Positions 1 to 9,061 of a stretch of 64,000 nt of DNA are shown in pieces. Below the pieces are notes generated by a model. That model made no database searches. It was not told the origin of the DNA and worked only from the letters and a program-made list of their open reading frames with translations. The stretch is from an uncultured virus (IMG/VR IMGVR_UViG_3300020037_001477) (taxonomy: Duplodnaviria; Heunggongvirae; Uroviricota; Caudoviricetes). Each line of letters begins with the position of its first letter. The first letter of the stretch is position 1. Location: IMG/VR virus record IMGVR_UViG_3300020037_001477; one strand, written 5' to 3'. The translations under genes were made by a program, and so were the position numbers.

Positions 1-121
1 TTGCTGGTTGCTGGTTGCTGGTTGCTGGTTGCTGGTTGCTGGTTGCTGGTTGCTGGTTGCTGGTTGCTGGTTGCTGGTTGCTGGTTGCTGGTTGCTGGTT
101 GCTGGTTGCTGGTTGCTGGTT
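1..121. repeat. Perfect heptamer tandem repeat (TTGCTGG)x17, truncated by the window edge
   Basis: Directly visible. Generates the spurious LLVAGCW ORFs. Confidence 0.98.
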
Positions 122-350
122 CGAGTTACTGCTTCCTTACTCTTCCGCCTTTTAGGTACTGCCGATCACCGACCGGCAGGACGGGCTTTCACTACCACCT
201 ACCAAACAGAGCCTCCCTGACGAGAGGATGCACCGTAGGACGATCACCACCGAGAGGGTCGGCTACCTCTCCGGGGCACGCGCTGCTGCTGGCGTTAGCC
301 GCAAGCTGTCCTCTTGGCATTACCCTTCGGACGTGAGGATTAAACTCCCG

Positions 351-1631
351 TTACTCGATCCTTGTCAAGGGAAACTCACTGAGCACGACGGGCGTGGCCT
401 CTTCCAAGTCGCGCTGACCCCGCTTGCGACGGAGCTTGCCGTATTCCCTCGGGACAGGCACGACCGTGGGGGTGGGAGAGTGTGCGCTCGGGAGGCGAGC
501 GTCGTTCTCGTGGGAGTACACCAGATTCTCGTCGATCTCCCGCTGCTCACGGGACAGAGCACGCGCTGTCTCCACCATGGCCTGCTTGTCTCTGACCTTC
601 AGGTGTCCCCAGCCCTTGCGGATCAGGTACTTCATCCTCACGCCCATCTCCGAGAGATACTCGTCGGTCTCCAGGCCCATAGGAAAGCCTAGCTGATAGA
701 GCACCCAGCGTGCGTTGTGCTGGCCCATGATCGCCAACTCACGGGGGTCAATCATCTGGTCGTTGAAGAAGGTTGTCTCCCTTCGGAACCACGACCAGAA
801 CTTCACGCCGCGTTCGTTGGTGACAGGATGCACCACGAGTTTCCCATGCTGAAGCACGTCCATCTTAACGAGGGCGTTGGGCATGGTGCGCAGGCCACCA
901 TCCAGGAAGCAGTGGTCAAGCTCAGCACTGTAGGCTTGCGCAGCCGGGGGGTAGGTGCGCTGGTACTCCCGCGTCAGGATACCCTTGCTGTGGCTCTCGG
1001 CGATGGTGGCCGCGCGCACCCGATAGAAGGCGACGGTGCCACTGACCAGAGACATGCGGGTAAGATCGCGGTTGGCTTCGTTGCGCCCGTGGTCGAAGTA
1101 ACTCCCGTCCTTCACCTGATAGAAGGGCGTGCCGTCCTGGCTTAGAAGCTCAAGCTGCACATTGCGCCTTTCCAAGGCGGTCATCTGTTCCAGCGTGAGC
1201 CAGCGCGACAGCGTGAGCATGTCGCTGAGCACCCATGGAGGCGCGCCGAAGTCGAACGCGCCCGGATCAGCGAGGAACTCGTGCGCGTGGTTTCTCCTGA
1301 CGCACAGCACGATGTCCCCCGGCAGCGCCGCGCGCACGATCAGGCGGAGCTTGCGCAGGGTGGCCACCCACACCGTGGGCTTGCGAGTTACTCCGTCCTG
1401 GTTCTGGAAGGGGAGCAGCGATCCCAGCCTCACGGAACCCACGCCCATGTAAGCTGTGACGAGGTCTTCGAGTCGGACGAGCGTGGGCTCCCGCGCCGAT
1501 GCCAGGGAGACAAGCGCCCGCTCCCGGTGCTGAGACAGCGGGTCGAGCTTCCCCCCAGCGCCGGGGGTAGCGTGCTCGATGGTGCTCGTGACGGGGTCTC
1601 GGGGGAGCCGCGCATTCCTGGGCCTACGCAT
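351..1631 (-). CDS. Hypothetical protein (about 426 aa)
   Basis: Long ORF with GC3-biased codons. ATG at 1631 is preceded by GGAG; upstream extension to 1715 lies in AT-rich non-coding DNA. Confidence 0.75.
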   Translation of the reverse strand: MRRPRNARLPRDPVTSTIEHATPGAGGKLDPLSQHRERALVSLASAREPTLVRLEDLVTAYMGVGSVRLGSLLPFQNQDGVTRKPTVWVATLRKLRLIVRAALPGDIVLCVRRNHAHEFLADPGAFDFGAPPWVLSDMLTLSRWLTLEQMTALERRNVQLELLSQDGTPFYQVKDGSYFDHGRNEANRDLTRMSLVSGTVAFYRVRAATIAESHSKGILTREYQRTYPPAAQAYSAELDHCFLDGGLRTMPNALVKMDVLQHGKLVVHPVTNERGVKFWSWFRRETTFFNDQMIDPRELAIMGQHNARWVLYQLGFPMGLETDEYLSEMGVRMKYLIRKGWGHLKVRDKQAMVETARALSREQREIDENLVYSHENDARLPSAHSPTPTVVPVPREYGKLRRKRGQRDLEEATPVVLSEFPLTRIE

Positions 1632-1971
1632 GTGACATACTCCAAAATTAAATAAACACGTTTTATGTTTTATCCCATCGCCAGACTTGTTTCTACCAGG
1701 AGATCGGAAACCCATCGCCGACCCGCTTAGTCAGTGTGAACCCCCCGGAGGGTTGTTCTGTAGGCTTCCCCCTGACAATTGGTTTTACACCTACTAATCC
1801 ACTCTTCACTTTCTCTAACTACGCGCATGAGGAAAAAAAGGAGAGAGATAGGAGGGGGTAGATAGGGGGGTGTGTATATATAGGGAAACTCTTTGGGGTT
1901 CTGAAGATCAATCCAGTAGGGATAAAACCAGATATCTGGGATATGGGCGATGGGTAAAGCTACCCAGAAAG

Positions 1972-1980
1972 TTATCCACA
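1972..1980 (+). promoter_or_regulatory. Perfect DnaA box TTATCCACA in an AT-rich intergenic island
   Basis: Exact match to the bacterial DnaA-box consensus. Single copy, function not shown. Confidence 0.45.
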
Positions 1981-2050
1981 GGGGAGGGGGGAGAGCTAGG
2001 GCGAGAGCTAGGGTGTGGCGTTGGGGCGATGGCGCGGGTAGGTTGGCCGC

Positions 2051-2689
2051 ATGTCTCACCCGAAGGCCTGTCTCGCCCTCGACCTGGGCTCGACCATGGG
2101 GTTCGCCGCCGCCAGCGATCTGGTTGTGCGCGCCGCGCGCCCGCTCGATGCAACGCGCTACTCCTGCTGGCCTGAGAAACTCCTGACCAAGCGGAAGGAC
2201 GAGCGCCCAGGCATGCGGCCGAAGCGTCTGCGCGATGCACTGGTCTCGACCGTCACCGCGATCAGGCAGGGGGAGTTCTTCGACGAGCCGCGCGAGCCGG
2301 TGCTGGTGTACGAGGACATCGTGTTCCAGAAGGGGCACCTTGCTGCGATTGTCTTTGGCCAGTTACTCGGCGTGATCCTGGAGACATGCGAGACACTGGC
2401 TGTCGAGTACGAAGCTGTCAGCCCCTCGACCTACAGGGCCTACTTGTTTGGACACACCGGGCCAACAGAACACGAGACGCTCTACCTCGTGTCTTCGCTG
2501 CTCGATGCACAGTGGTCGGGGGAGACAGATCACAACGCGCTCGATGCCATGGCGCTGCTGCTGTGGAAGCTGGCCGTCAGCACAAACGAAAAGACCGGGG
2601 ATGTCCCCGGCCTCGTCGCGCCTGCTCGATGGTGTGCCGGCTCAGTCTGGCGGGGCGCTCTTCGCAAAAAGCTGAAGGCGGCGGGCTAG
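2051..2689 (+). CDS. ruvC: RuvC-like Holliday junction resolvase
   Basis: LALDLGSTMGFA N-terminal strand with catalytic D, VYED, and C-terminal DHNALDAMALL, matching phage RuvC-like nucleases. Confidence 0.85.
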   Translation: MSHPKACLALDLGSTMGFAAASDLVVRAARPLDATRYSCWPEKLLTKRKDERPGMRPKRLRDALVSTVTAIRQGEFFDEPREPVLVYEDIVFQKGHLAAIVFGQLLGVILETCETLAVEYEAVSPSTYRAYLFGHTGPTEHETLYLVSSLLDAQWSGETDHNALDAMALLLWKLAVSTNEKTGDVPGLVAPARWCAGSVWRGALRKKLKAAG

Positions 2690-3250
2690 CACGTCGAGTT
2701 GCTTCGCCCTGTCGAGCGTCGCCTGCCTCTTTCCCATGGCCTGCGCCACGTCCTGCACTGTCTCCGATACCTCGGCTTCCGGCATGAGCCCCAGGCCTTG
2801 CAGCGTGCGGGTCATCACGCCGAGTTCATCCTGGTTTGTCTCAATGCGGATTGCGTCGAGCGCGTTGCGCTCTTCGCTCGTCATGCTGGCCGGGGCGTAG
2901 TCGAGTTCCGTCACCATGGCCACGCCCAGGCCTGACGCCACGGCGGTCAGCCGGTGCGCTACGCAGAGGCGCAGGTACTCACTGACGCCGACCGGCATGG
3001 GGTGCCGTCCGTTCAGCGTGTCTTGCTCCAGCCACTCTCTGACGCGCCGCACGGGTACGTCGAAGAGCGATGCCAGGGCGCGCGGCGTCACGCCCAGCGC
3101 TTGCATCGCCAACGCTAGCTGCATCGGGGTCAGCACCGTGCGCGCCGTCTTGCCCTGGACCCATGGCCACGCGTCCGCCGGGGCATAGCCCTGCGCCCCG
3201 GCGGAGCGACGCGCCCTCACGGGCGCGCCTGTCTCTGCGTTCATGCTCAC
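2642..3250 (-). CDS. Helix-turn-helix DNA-binding protein
   Basis: LGVTPRALASLFDVPVRRVREWLE..PMP is an XRE-like HTH. GTG start overlaps the TGA of the VWA gene (alternative ATG at 3244). Confidence 0.65.
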   Translation of the reverse strand: MSMNAETGAPVRARRSAGAQGYAPADAWPWVQGKTARTVLTPMQLALAMQALGVTPRALASLFDVPVRRVREWLEQDTLNGRHPMPVGVSEYLRLCVAHRLTAVASGLGVAMVTELDYAPASMTSEERNALDAIRIETNQDELGVMTRTLQGLGLMPEAEVSETVQDVAQAMGKRQATLDRAKQLDVLARRLQLFAKSAPPD

Positions 3251-5859
3251 CGTCCCTTCGTGCGGCGGCGCTGCTCGACTTGCTTGATCAGCACGTCGAG
3301 AACGCGGCCGGTCAGGTCTTGCACGTCGTCGATTTTGATCGAGGTCTCGTAGCACTGCACGACGTCGTGCTGGATACCGACGCCAATCACTTCGACGCCC
3401 TTCGACATCGCGAACCGCGTTGCGAACGTCAACGCGTCCGGCCCTGCTCCTTCGCCATCGGTCATGACGAGCAAGACGCGACGCTGCGCCGGCTGCGCCA
3501 GGATTTCTTGCGTCGCTGCCATCACCCCGGCGAAGTCCGGCGTGCCGCCGAAAGCAGCCATGCGCGAGATGGCCTCTTCTGCCAGCTTTGGTGCCGTCGC
3601 CCAATCGCGATGGGTCTCAAGCGTGCAGCTTTCGGTCAGGTTGCCGTAGTTGACAGACAGGGAGCGCCCAGCCTCTTGCCCGGCGTCGAGCGTGTGGTCG
3701 TTGCCGTGCGTGCGGTAGGACATCACGGCTGCCTTGTCGTTACGCACCCAGCGCCCGCGCCGGCCTCTGACCGCCGCTTCTTTGACTTGGTAGTAGTGCG
3801 CTCCCATGCGCGCCGCCTTGTTCATGGCCTCCGCCATCACGTTTGCGTCGCGCATGCGCGCCATCGTGGCGAGTTTCTCGCGTTCCGCTTTGTCAATTTT
3901 CTGGTCGATGAATGAGCGCGCTCCGATGTTGTGAAACGTCCAGATCGCGTGCTTCACCGCCATGGTCTGAAGGCACTTCGTCAGTGCCAGCGCCATTTGC
4001 TTGCACACTTCCATCTTCGGTCCGGTCATGCTCGACGAGCCGTCAATCAGCACGCCGACAACGGTCTCGACGCCGGGCTTCTCCCAGCGGCGCGCGAAGA
4101 CGTCAGGAACGCCAGCCATCGCACGATGCGCGTCGCGTGCAGTGAAGCGCCCGGCCTCTTGTCTCCGTTGCTGGCCCCACTGCGCAGGGTTGGCCAGCAA
4201 GCGCGCTAGCCGCGAGCCGATGTTCGCGAAGCCCTTCGGCAACGTGTCGCGGAGCTCCTGCACGCGGCGTTGCAGATCAGCGTCGTCGATGCCACCGCGC
4301 TTGCCGCCTTCCTTGGCGAACACCTTGCGCACGATGTGCCCGGTGAAGTCTGGGATGCGCGGGGGAGCAAGCTCGGTCGGCAGATCGGGGAGCGTGTCTT
4401 CGATTGCCTTGATGGTCTGCTCCGCCGCCTTCGCCGGGTCGTAGTGTTCGACGTTGTCGAGCCACTTGCCGGTGTCGGCGATCTCGCCGCCCGGCGAGTA
4501 GCCGTCGCTGCTCGACGAGACGCCATACTCCCCGCCGTTCGTCGCGTTGCCTTCACCTTCGCCGCCGTCGCTGTCCCCCTCGGCGTCGGCCTCGCCGAAG
4601 GCGTCGTCACCCTCGCCGCCGAAGTCGCCCATCGGGTCGTCGTCAGCGTCTTCGCCGCCGTCACCTTCCTGGCCAGCGTCGCCTTCGCCTTCGCCGTCTT
4701 CGCTGCCATGGCCCTCGTCGCCCCGGCCCCCGTCGCCCTGGCCCTCGTCGCCCTGGTCGCCCTGGTCGCCCTGGTCGCCCTGGTCGCCCTGGTCCTGTGG
4801 CTTGTCGCCCTTCGGCTTCTGCTCGGCCGGATCACGTTCGCCGGGCTCCGAGAGACGTGGCTTCGGCTTGTCTCCGGTCGAGCCGTTGCTGCCCTGCTCT
4901 TGCTGCTCCGACTGCTCGCCCTCGCGTCCGTGGTCGACGTACTCGACCTTGTCTTCGATGTCCTTCAGCGCGGCCACCAGTTTGCGCGCGAGTTTGACGA
5001 CGTCGCTGGTATCGGCGCAGCGCGCCAAGCGCGGGACATACTTGTCGAGGACGGCGAGGATCACCGGGTTTGCCTGCCGGCGCAACTCGGCGAGCAGGGC
5101 CGGCTTGTCGAAGCCCCAGGTGTGGACGCGGCCAAGCACCGCAACCAGCCACGGGGTATTACGCGGGTTTCCTAGCGAGCCTTCTTGGATCGAGTTCGCA
5201 AGCATGGTCTCGATCATCGCTTGGAACACCGGCCGCGCGTTGGGAGCGATGCCGCTGTTGCAGAGTTGCGCCTCTTGCCTCGGGTCTTCCAGCGCGTTGG
5301 TGAAGACCTTGAGCGCCTTGCCTTCCTTCGCGGCTTTGCTGAACGCCGTGGCGTCAGTGAAGAGCGCGTGGCCAATCTCGTGCAGCCAGTAGCCCACCAG
5401 CCGGTTGGCATGGGCGCGCGTCAAGTAGCACTCGTCGCTGAGCGTCGGCATGAGGATCGCCACGTCAACGACGAGCGTGTCCGCCTTCGCCATGTTGTGC
5501 CCGGTCGGCGGCAGGTTGTCGTCGAGCGCTCGGCCCCGCCATGCGAGCCGCCACGAGTAGAACGTGGTGGCAGAGACGCCGTTGAACGCGAGAGACACGC
5601 GACCACCAGTGATCGGGAGTTTCTGCGCCCATGCCGGCGTCACTTGCGTCTGGCAGGTGATGTCCGCGCGGTACTGAATGCGAGACAGAATGCTCTGCAC
5701 CGCTTCCATCACCGCCATTTTGAAGTCTGGCACGGTCACTGCGCCGGCCGGCGGAGCCTTCGCCGGGTCGCGGCGCAACACCGCTCCGCTGGGCAACACG
5801 TAGCCGCCGTGTTGCACAACCGCGCGCCGTGCGGCTTCGTCGAGTGTGGTTGGTTGCAT
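3247..5859 (-). CDS. CobT-like protein: N-terminal HExxH zincin-like domain, acidic linker, C-terminal VWA domain
   Basis: LHEIGH and NALEDPR motifs; long D/E/G linker; MIDAS DGSSSM, GGTP and VMTDG. Adjacent to a MoxR/CobS ATPase. Confidence 0.85.
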   Translation of the reverse strand: MQPTTLDEAARRAVVQHGGYVLPSGAVLRRDPAKAPPAGAVTVPDFKMAVMEAVQSILSRIQYRADITCQTQVTPAWAQKLPITGGRVSLAFNGVSATTFYSWRLAWRGRALDDNLPPTGHNMAKADTLVVDVAILMPTLSDECYLTRAHANRLVGYWLHEIGHALFTDATAFSKAAKEGKALKVFTNALEDPRQEAQLCNSGIAPNARPVFQAMIETMLANSIQEGSLGNPRNTPWLVAVLGRVHTWGFDKPALLAELRRQANPVILAVLDKYVPRLARCADTSDVVKLARKLVAALKDIEDKVEYVDHGREGEQSEQQEQGSNGSTGDKPKPRLSEPGERDPAEQKPKGDKPQDQGDQGDQGDQGDQGDEGQGDGGRGDEGHGSEDGEGEGDAGQEGDGGEDADDDPMGDFGGEGDDAFGEADAEGDSDGGEGEGNATNGGEYGVSSSSDGYSPGGEIADTGKWLDNVEHYDPAKAAEQTIKAIEDTLPDLPTELAPPRIPDFTGHIVRKVFAKEGGKRGGIDDADLQRRVQELRDTLPKGFANIGSRLARLLANPAQWGQQRRQEAGRFTARDAHRAMAGVPDVFARRWEKPGVETVVGVLIDGSSSMTGPKMEVCKQMALALTKCLQTMAVKHAIWTFHNIGARSFIDQKIDKAEREKLATMARMRDANVMAEAMNKAARMGAHYYQVKEAAVRGRRGRWVRNDKAAVMSYRTHGNDHTLDAGQEAGRSLSVNYGNLTESCTLETHRDWATAPKLAEEAISRMAAFGGTPDFAGVMAATQEILAQPAQRRVLLVMTDGEGAGPDALTFATRFAMSKGVEVIGVGIQHDVVQCYETSIKIDDVQDLTGRVLDVLIKQVEQRRRTKGR
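4747..4794. repeat. 9-bp tandem repeat GTCGCCCTG x5 (encodes QGD repeats in the VWA protein linker)
   Basis: Directly visible. Confidence 0.9.
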
Positions 5860-5884
5860 GGTCTAGTTCCTTCTGCGTTGAGCG

Positions 5885-7390
5885 TTAGAACGGGTTGCCG
5901 TTGGTGGCCGGGTCGCTAGCCTGCGGTGTCGGGACGGTCTTGCCGGCGAGCGCCGCCTCGACCGTGTCGACGTTCACCTTCAACAGCACGATCTGGTGCA
6001 TGGCCTCGCGGTCCACTGCGGTCAGCGACGAAAGCAGCGTGACTTCGGCACTGCGCATCACGGGCCGCTGGTTCATGATCTGCTTGCCCCAGGCGATCAG
6101 ATTGCGCAGCGACGGCGCGACGGTCAGATTGCCGGCGATCACGCCAGCACGCGCCGTTGCAGCGACTTCCGCCAGCATGAGCGAGACAACCATCGGAAGG
6201 CCGGGCACGCGCTTCGTCAGAAGCTCGGCTTCGACTTCGGCCGACAGATACTCAAACTGGCAGATCACGCCCCAGCGGTTCACGAAAGCCGCGTTCATCG
6301 GCCCCGTGTCGACGTACTGGCCGGTCTCGTCGCCGCGCCCAGCGGTGTTGTCAGCAGCCGCGAAGTAGACGCCATCGGCCGGATAGATCACGTCGCCGGT
6401 TTCCAGCGTCAACCGCCCGCCAGGGACCAGCAAGCCGTGCAGCGAGATAAGCTCGCCGGGGCGCGCCGCGCTGGGCTCGTCGAGCAGCACGACGGTGCCG
6501 GGCCGCTGAATTGCGAGCGTCAGCACGCCATGTTCCCAGCGGGTGCTGCCCTGGTTGAGTTGGTAGCCGCCGAAGAGTTCAAGCCGCGAGAGCGTTTTGT
6601 CGCAAACGATCTGCACGAACGCACGACCGAGACGCGCTGCGAACTGCTCCCAGAACGTCGACTTGCCGGTGCCGGCCGGGCCGGCGCACCAGCAAAACGT
6701 GCCACCCTCATGCGCTGCGATCACGTCGGCCAGAAGCTCTTGGTCGAAGCGATACGCGTGATCTACTGCCGGCGCGGTTGGATCATTCCAGACGTCGACT
6801 TCGATGTTGCGCAGCGTTGCAGGCACGTTGCGGTCCTTCGGGCTGAAGCCGAAGGCCTCGGCCGCGCTGATCGACTTGACGACTTGCGGCACGAACGTGT
6901 CGACCTTCCGGTGCGGTGCAGCGCTCGACGTGATCAGCGCCGCAGCGCCGGTCTCGACGACGCGGTCCTGATACACGATTTTCTCGACCTCGACCGTCAC
7001 CGGGGGCTTCGCGGCTTCCGCTGCGAGTTCCTCGATAGCCTTGCGCAGGCCAACGACGGGCAGAGACAAGATCGCGTTGGCACGATCAGCCGGCGACAGA
7101 GACGCAGGGACAGAAGCGTCCGGCGTGTCTCCAGCGGCGTCGGGCGCAGCGGCGTCAGGCGCAGCGGCGTCAGGCGCGTCGGCCTGGGCCGCGTGGTTCA
7201 TGGCCGGCGCATTGGCCACGGTCGCCGCGATGTCGATTCCCAGCGCCTTCGCCTGGGCTAAGAGTTCGTGCTTGCCTAGGTGCTTCGGGTCGCGATAGCC
7301 GGGCGCGGTCTTGTCCGACTTCGCCCTGATCGCGTTGCGCAGCGCTGCGCGACCGTCAGCGCCGAGTGTGATGTTGGTCTCTTGTTGCAT
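5885..7390 (-). CDS. MoxR/CobS/CbbQ-family AAA+ ATPase
   Basis: Walker A GPAGTGKS, Walker B VVLLDE, NTAGRGD, MNAAFVNRW and SLRNL motifs. Confidence 0.9.
   Translation of the reverse strand: MQQETNITLGADGRAALRNAIRAKSDKTAPGYRDPKHLGKHELLAQAKALGIDIAATVANAPAMNHAAQADAPDAAAPDAAAPDAAGDTPDASVPASLSPADRANAILSLPVVGLRKAIEELAAEAAKPPVTVEVEKIVYQDRVVETGAAALITSSAAPHRKVDTFVPQVVKSISAAEAFGFSPKDRNVPATLRNIEVDVWNDPTAPAVDHAYRFDQELLADVIAAHEGGTFCWCAGPAGTGKSTFWEQFAARLGRAFVQIVCDKTLSRLELFGGYQLNQGSTRWEHGVLTLAIQRPGTVVLLDEPSAARPGELISLHGLLVPGGRLTLETGDVIYPADGVYFAAADNTAGRGDETGQYVDTGPMNAAFVNRWGVICQFEYLSAEVEAELLTKRVPGLPMVVSLMLAEVAATARAGVIAGNLTVAPSLRNLIAWGKQIMNQRPVMRSAEVTLLSSLTAVDREAMHQIVLLKVNVDTVEAALAGKTVPTPQASDPATNGNPF
7132..7176. 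repeat. 15-bp tandem repeat x3 (PDAAA linker in the ATPase)
   Basis: CAGCGGCGTCRGGCG three times. Confidence 0.85.
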
Positions 7391-7502
7391 GTCTAGTTCC
7401 TTCGTTGTGCCCGTAGATCACCATGATCTGCGGCGTGTCTCCGGTCAGCGCCGGACGGCACGTTGCTGCGCCCAGGTTGCCCCAGGCGCAGCCCCTTGCC
7501 GT

Positions 7503-7718
7503 CTAGCGCGTGAACCCGCATGCGATCAGGAAGCGCGAACGGTCGAAGCGCGGATTGTCCTTGGCCAGCAGGTCGGCCAGCACTCCCGATGCTTCGCGCA
7601 TTGTCGAGACGCGCGCCGCCCAGATTGCCGCGACTTCCCCGTCGATTGGTTTGGTTGCGTCAACGACCGACTTGGCAAGGGCTTCGTAGTGGCGACGCTG
7701 GAAAAGGCTGGTGCTCAT
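7503..7718 (-). CDS. Small hypothetical early phage protein
   Basis: GGGAG SD. C-terminal NPRFDRSRFLIAC motif typical of small phage proteins. Confidence 0.75.
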   Translation of the reverse strand: MSTSLFQRRHYEALAKSVVDATKPIDGEVAAIWAARVSTMREASGVLADLLAKDNPRFDRSRFLIACGFTR

Positions 7719-7781
7719 GTCTGTCTCCCGTGGAAGGGCCGCGCCTGCCCGATGCAGACGCGGCCAGGGTGTGAGTTACTG

Positions 7782-8168
7782 CTAGGACCGGACGTCGAGG
7801 CCGTTCGCGGCCATGCCGTTCAGCAGGTCGTCAGCGTAGTTGTGGTCGACGGCCAGCGCCCGGCCGTGCCACGCCCAATCAGGGACCGACACGAAGTTGT
7901 CGATGAAGGCCTTCGCTTCGACCGTCAATGGCGTGACGAGGACAATGCTGCCCTGGTCGCAGATCACGACGTCGCCCGTCAGCTTCCGCCGCTCCGCCGC
8001 GATCATGGCCTGCGCCGTGCCGATGGCATCGGCCGCGTCGTCCGTGTAGGACGCCGTCGCCTCGGTCGAGCCCCGCAGGTTCACCCGATACTCCCCGTCC
8101 CGGTGCGACGCGGTGCAGCCGATGGCCCGGATGGCGGCGAGCGTGCCTTTCACAGTGTGCTTTTTCAT
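7782..8168 (-). CDS. Hypothetical early phage protein
   Basis: AAGGA SD, good codon bias, first gene after the leftward promoter. Confidence 0.75.
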   Translation of the reverse strand: MKKHTVKGTLAAIRAIGCTASHRDGEYRVNLRGSTEATASYTDDAADAIGTAQAMIAAERRKLTGDVVICDQGSIVLVTPLTVEAKAFIDNFVSVPDWAWHGRALAVDHNYADDLLNGMAANGLDVRS

Positions 8169-8246
8169 TGTCTAGTTCCTTGTTTCTGCTGGGTTATCCG
8201 GCCCGGATGGCGGTGCCGGCCCGGTCGAACAACGACCGGAGACAAG

Positions 8247-8275
8247 ATAATACAAGTCCAGAAGCCAATTTGCAA
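8247..8275 (-). promoter_or_regulatory. Sigma70-like promoter for the leftward early operon
   Basis: Minus strand TTGCAA-17 bp-TATTAT, about 80 bp upstream of the ORF starting at 8168. Confidence 0.65.
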
Positions 8276-8895
8276 CGACCTTGAGGCCTTGCAAACGCCC
8301 CTTTCAGCGTCGCCCAGCGCTACAGCGGCCCCTAGCGAGTTCTCGGGCGAACCGAAAGCGGAGACCAGCGCCCGTCCAACGCGCGAGAGAACGGGAGATG
8401 TCCCTGTCTCCCAGCGCCTTCCCGATCTACATCTTGTGTGTCGAAGCGTGTCGCATAATATCTATTATGGAAAATCCATCGCCTAAGTGCTTGAAATTGC
8501 AGGGCTTTCGATGGAAAGGGCGCTGGACGCAATATGTGGTATGGGGCGATGGCCACCCCCCGCCGTTTCAATGAGCCTCCCGATCCGGCTTTGGTTCCCT
8601 GGCCCGTGGCCCGCCCGCCGACAAGGTGCTCCGCAAGTAAATGCGTCGGCTCCATCGCCCCGCCACCCCACTTTCCCCTTTATAGACAGAGACTTACAGA
8701 CCAATAATTCCCATCGCCGGGCGCTGGAGTGGGGTTTTAATCCGGTTATAATCCGGTTAAAACCCTAAGTTCTTGAATTTTCTATATTTTTTGCTACACG
8801 CGCGGGCGCTGGGGAATTTGTGACACTAATTCGAGACGGGGTGCTCCGAATTAATGCCCAAAAAAGTGTTTGTTTGCAGGATATTACGTAATTCG

Positions 8896-8924
8896 TTGCA
8901 CTAATTAACCCGAGCCCCTACTAT
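8896..8924 (+). promoter_or_regulatory. Sigma70-like promoter for the rightward packaging/structural operon
   Basis: TTGCAC-17 bp-TACTAT with AT-rich upstream DNA. Confidence 0.6.
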
Positions 8925-9061
8925 CCCTAGCCGTGGGGGTGCCACCGCAGGGCCGGGCAGACCCGCTCCAGGGCCGGCGGGGCTCGATCAGGGTTGTTTC
9001 CCCCCTGAAGAGCCTCGCCGGCTCCACCACGGTGCTCCCCAGGCCCGCCAGGAGACACCCC

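Noticed and set aside
1..121. CRISPR array
   Set aside because: Contiguous 7-mers with no spacers.
1..336. ORFs with LLVAGCW repeats
   Set aside because: Translation artefact of the heptamer repeat.
3247..7390. Cobalamin biosynthesis (cobS/cobT) auxiliary genes
   Set aside because: No cobN or other cob genes; the sequences fit generic phage MoxR-VWA pairs.
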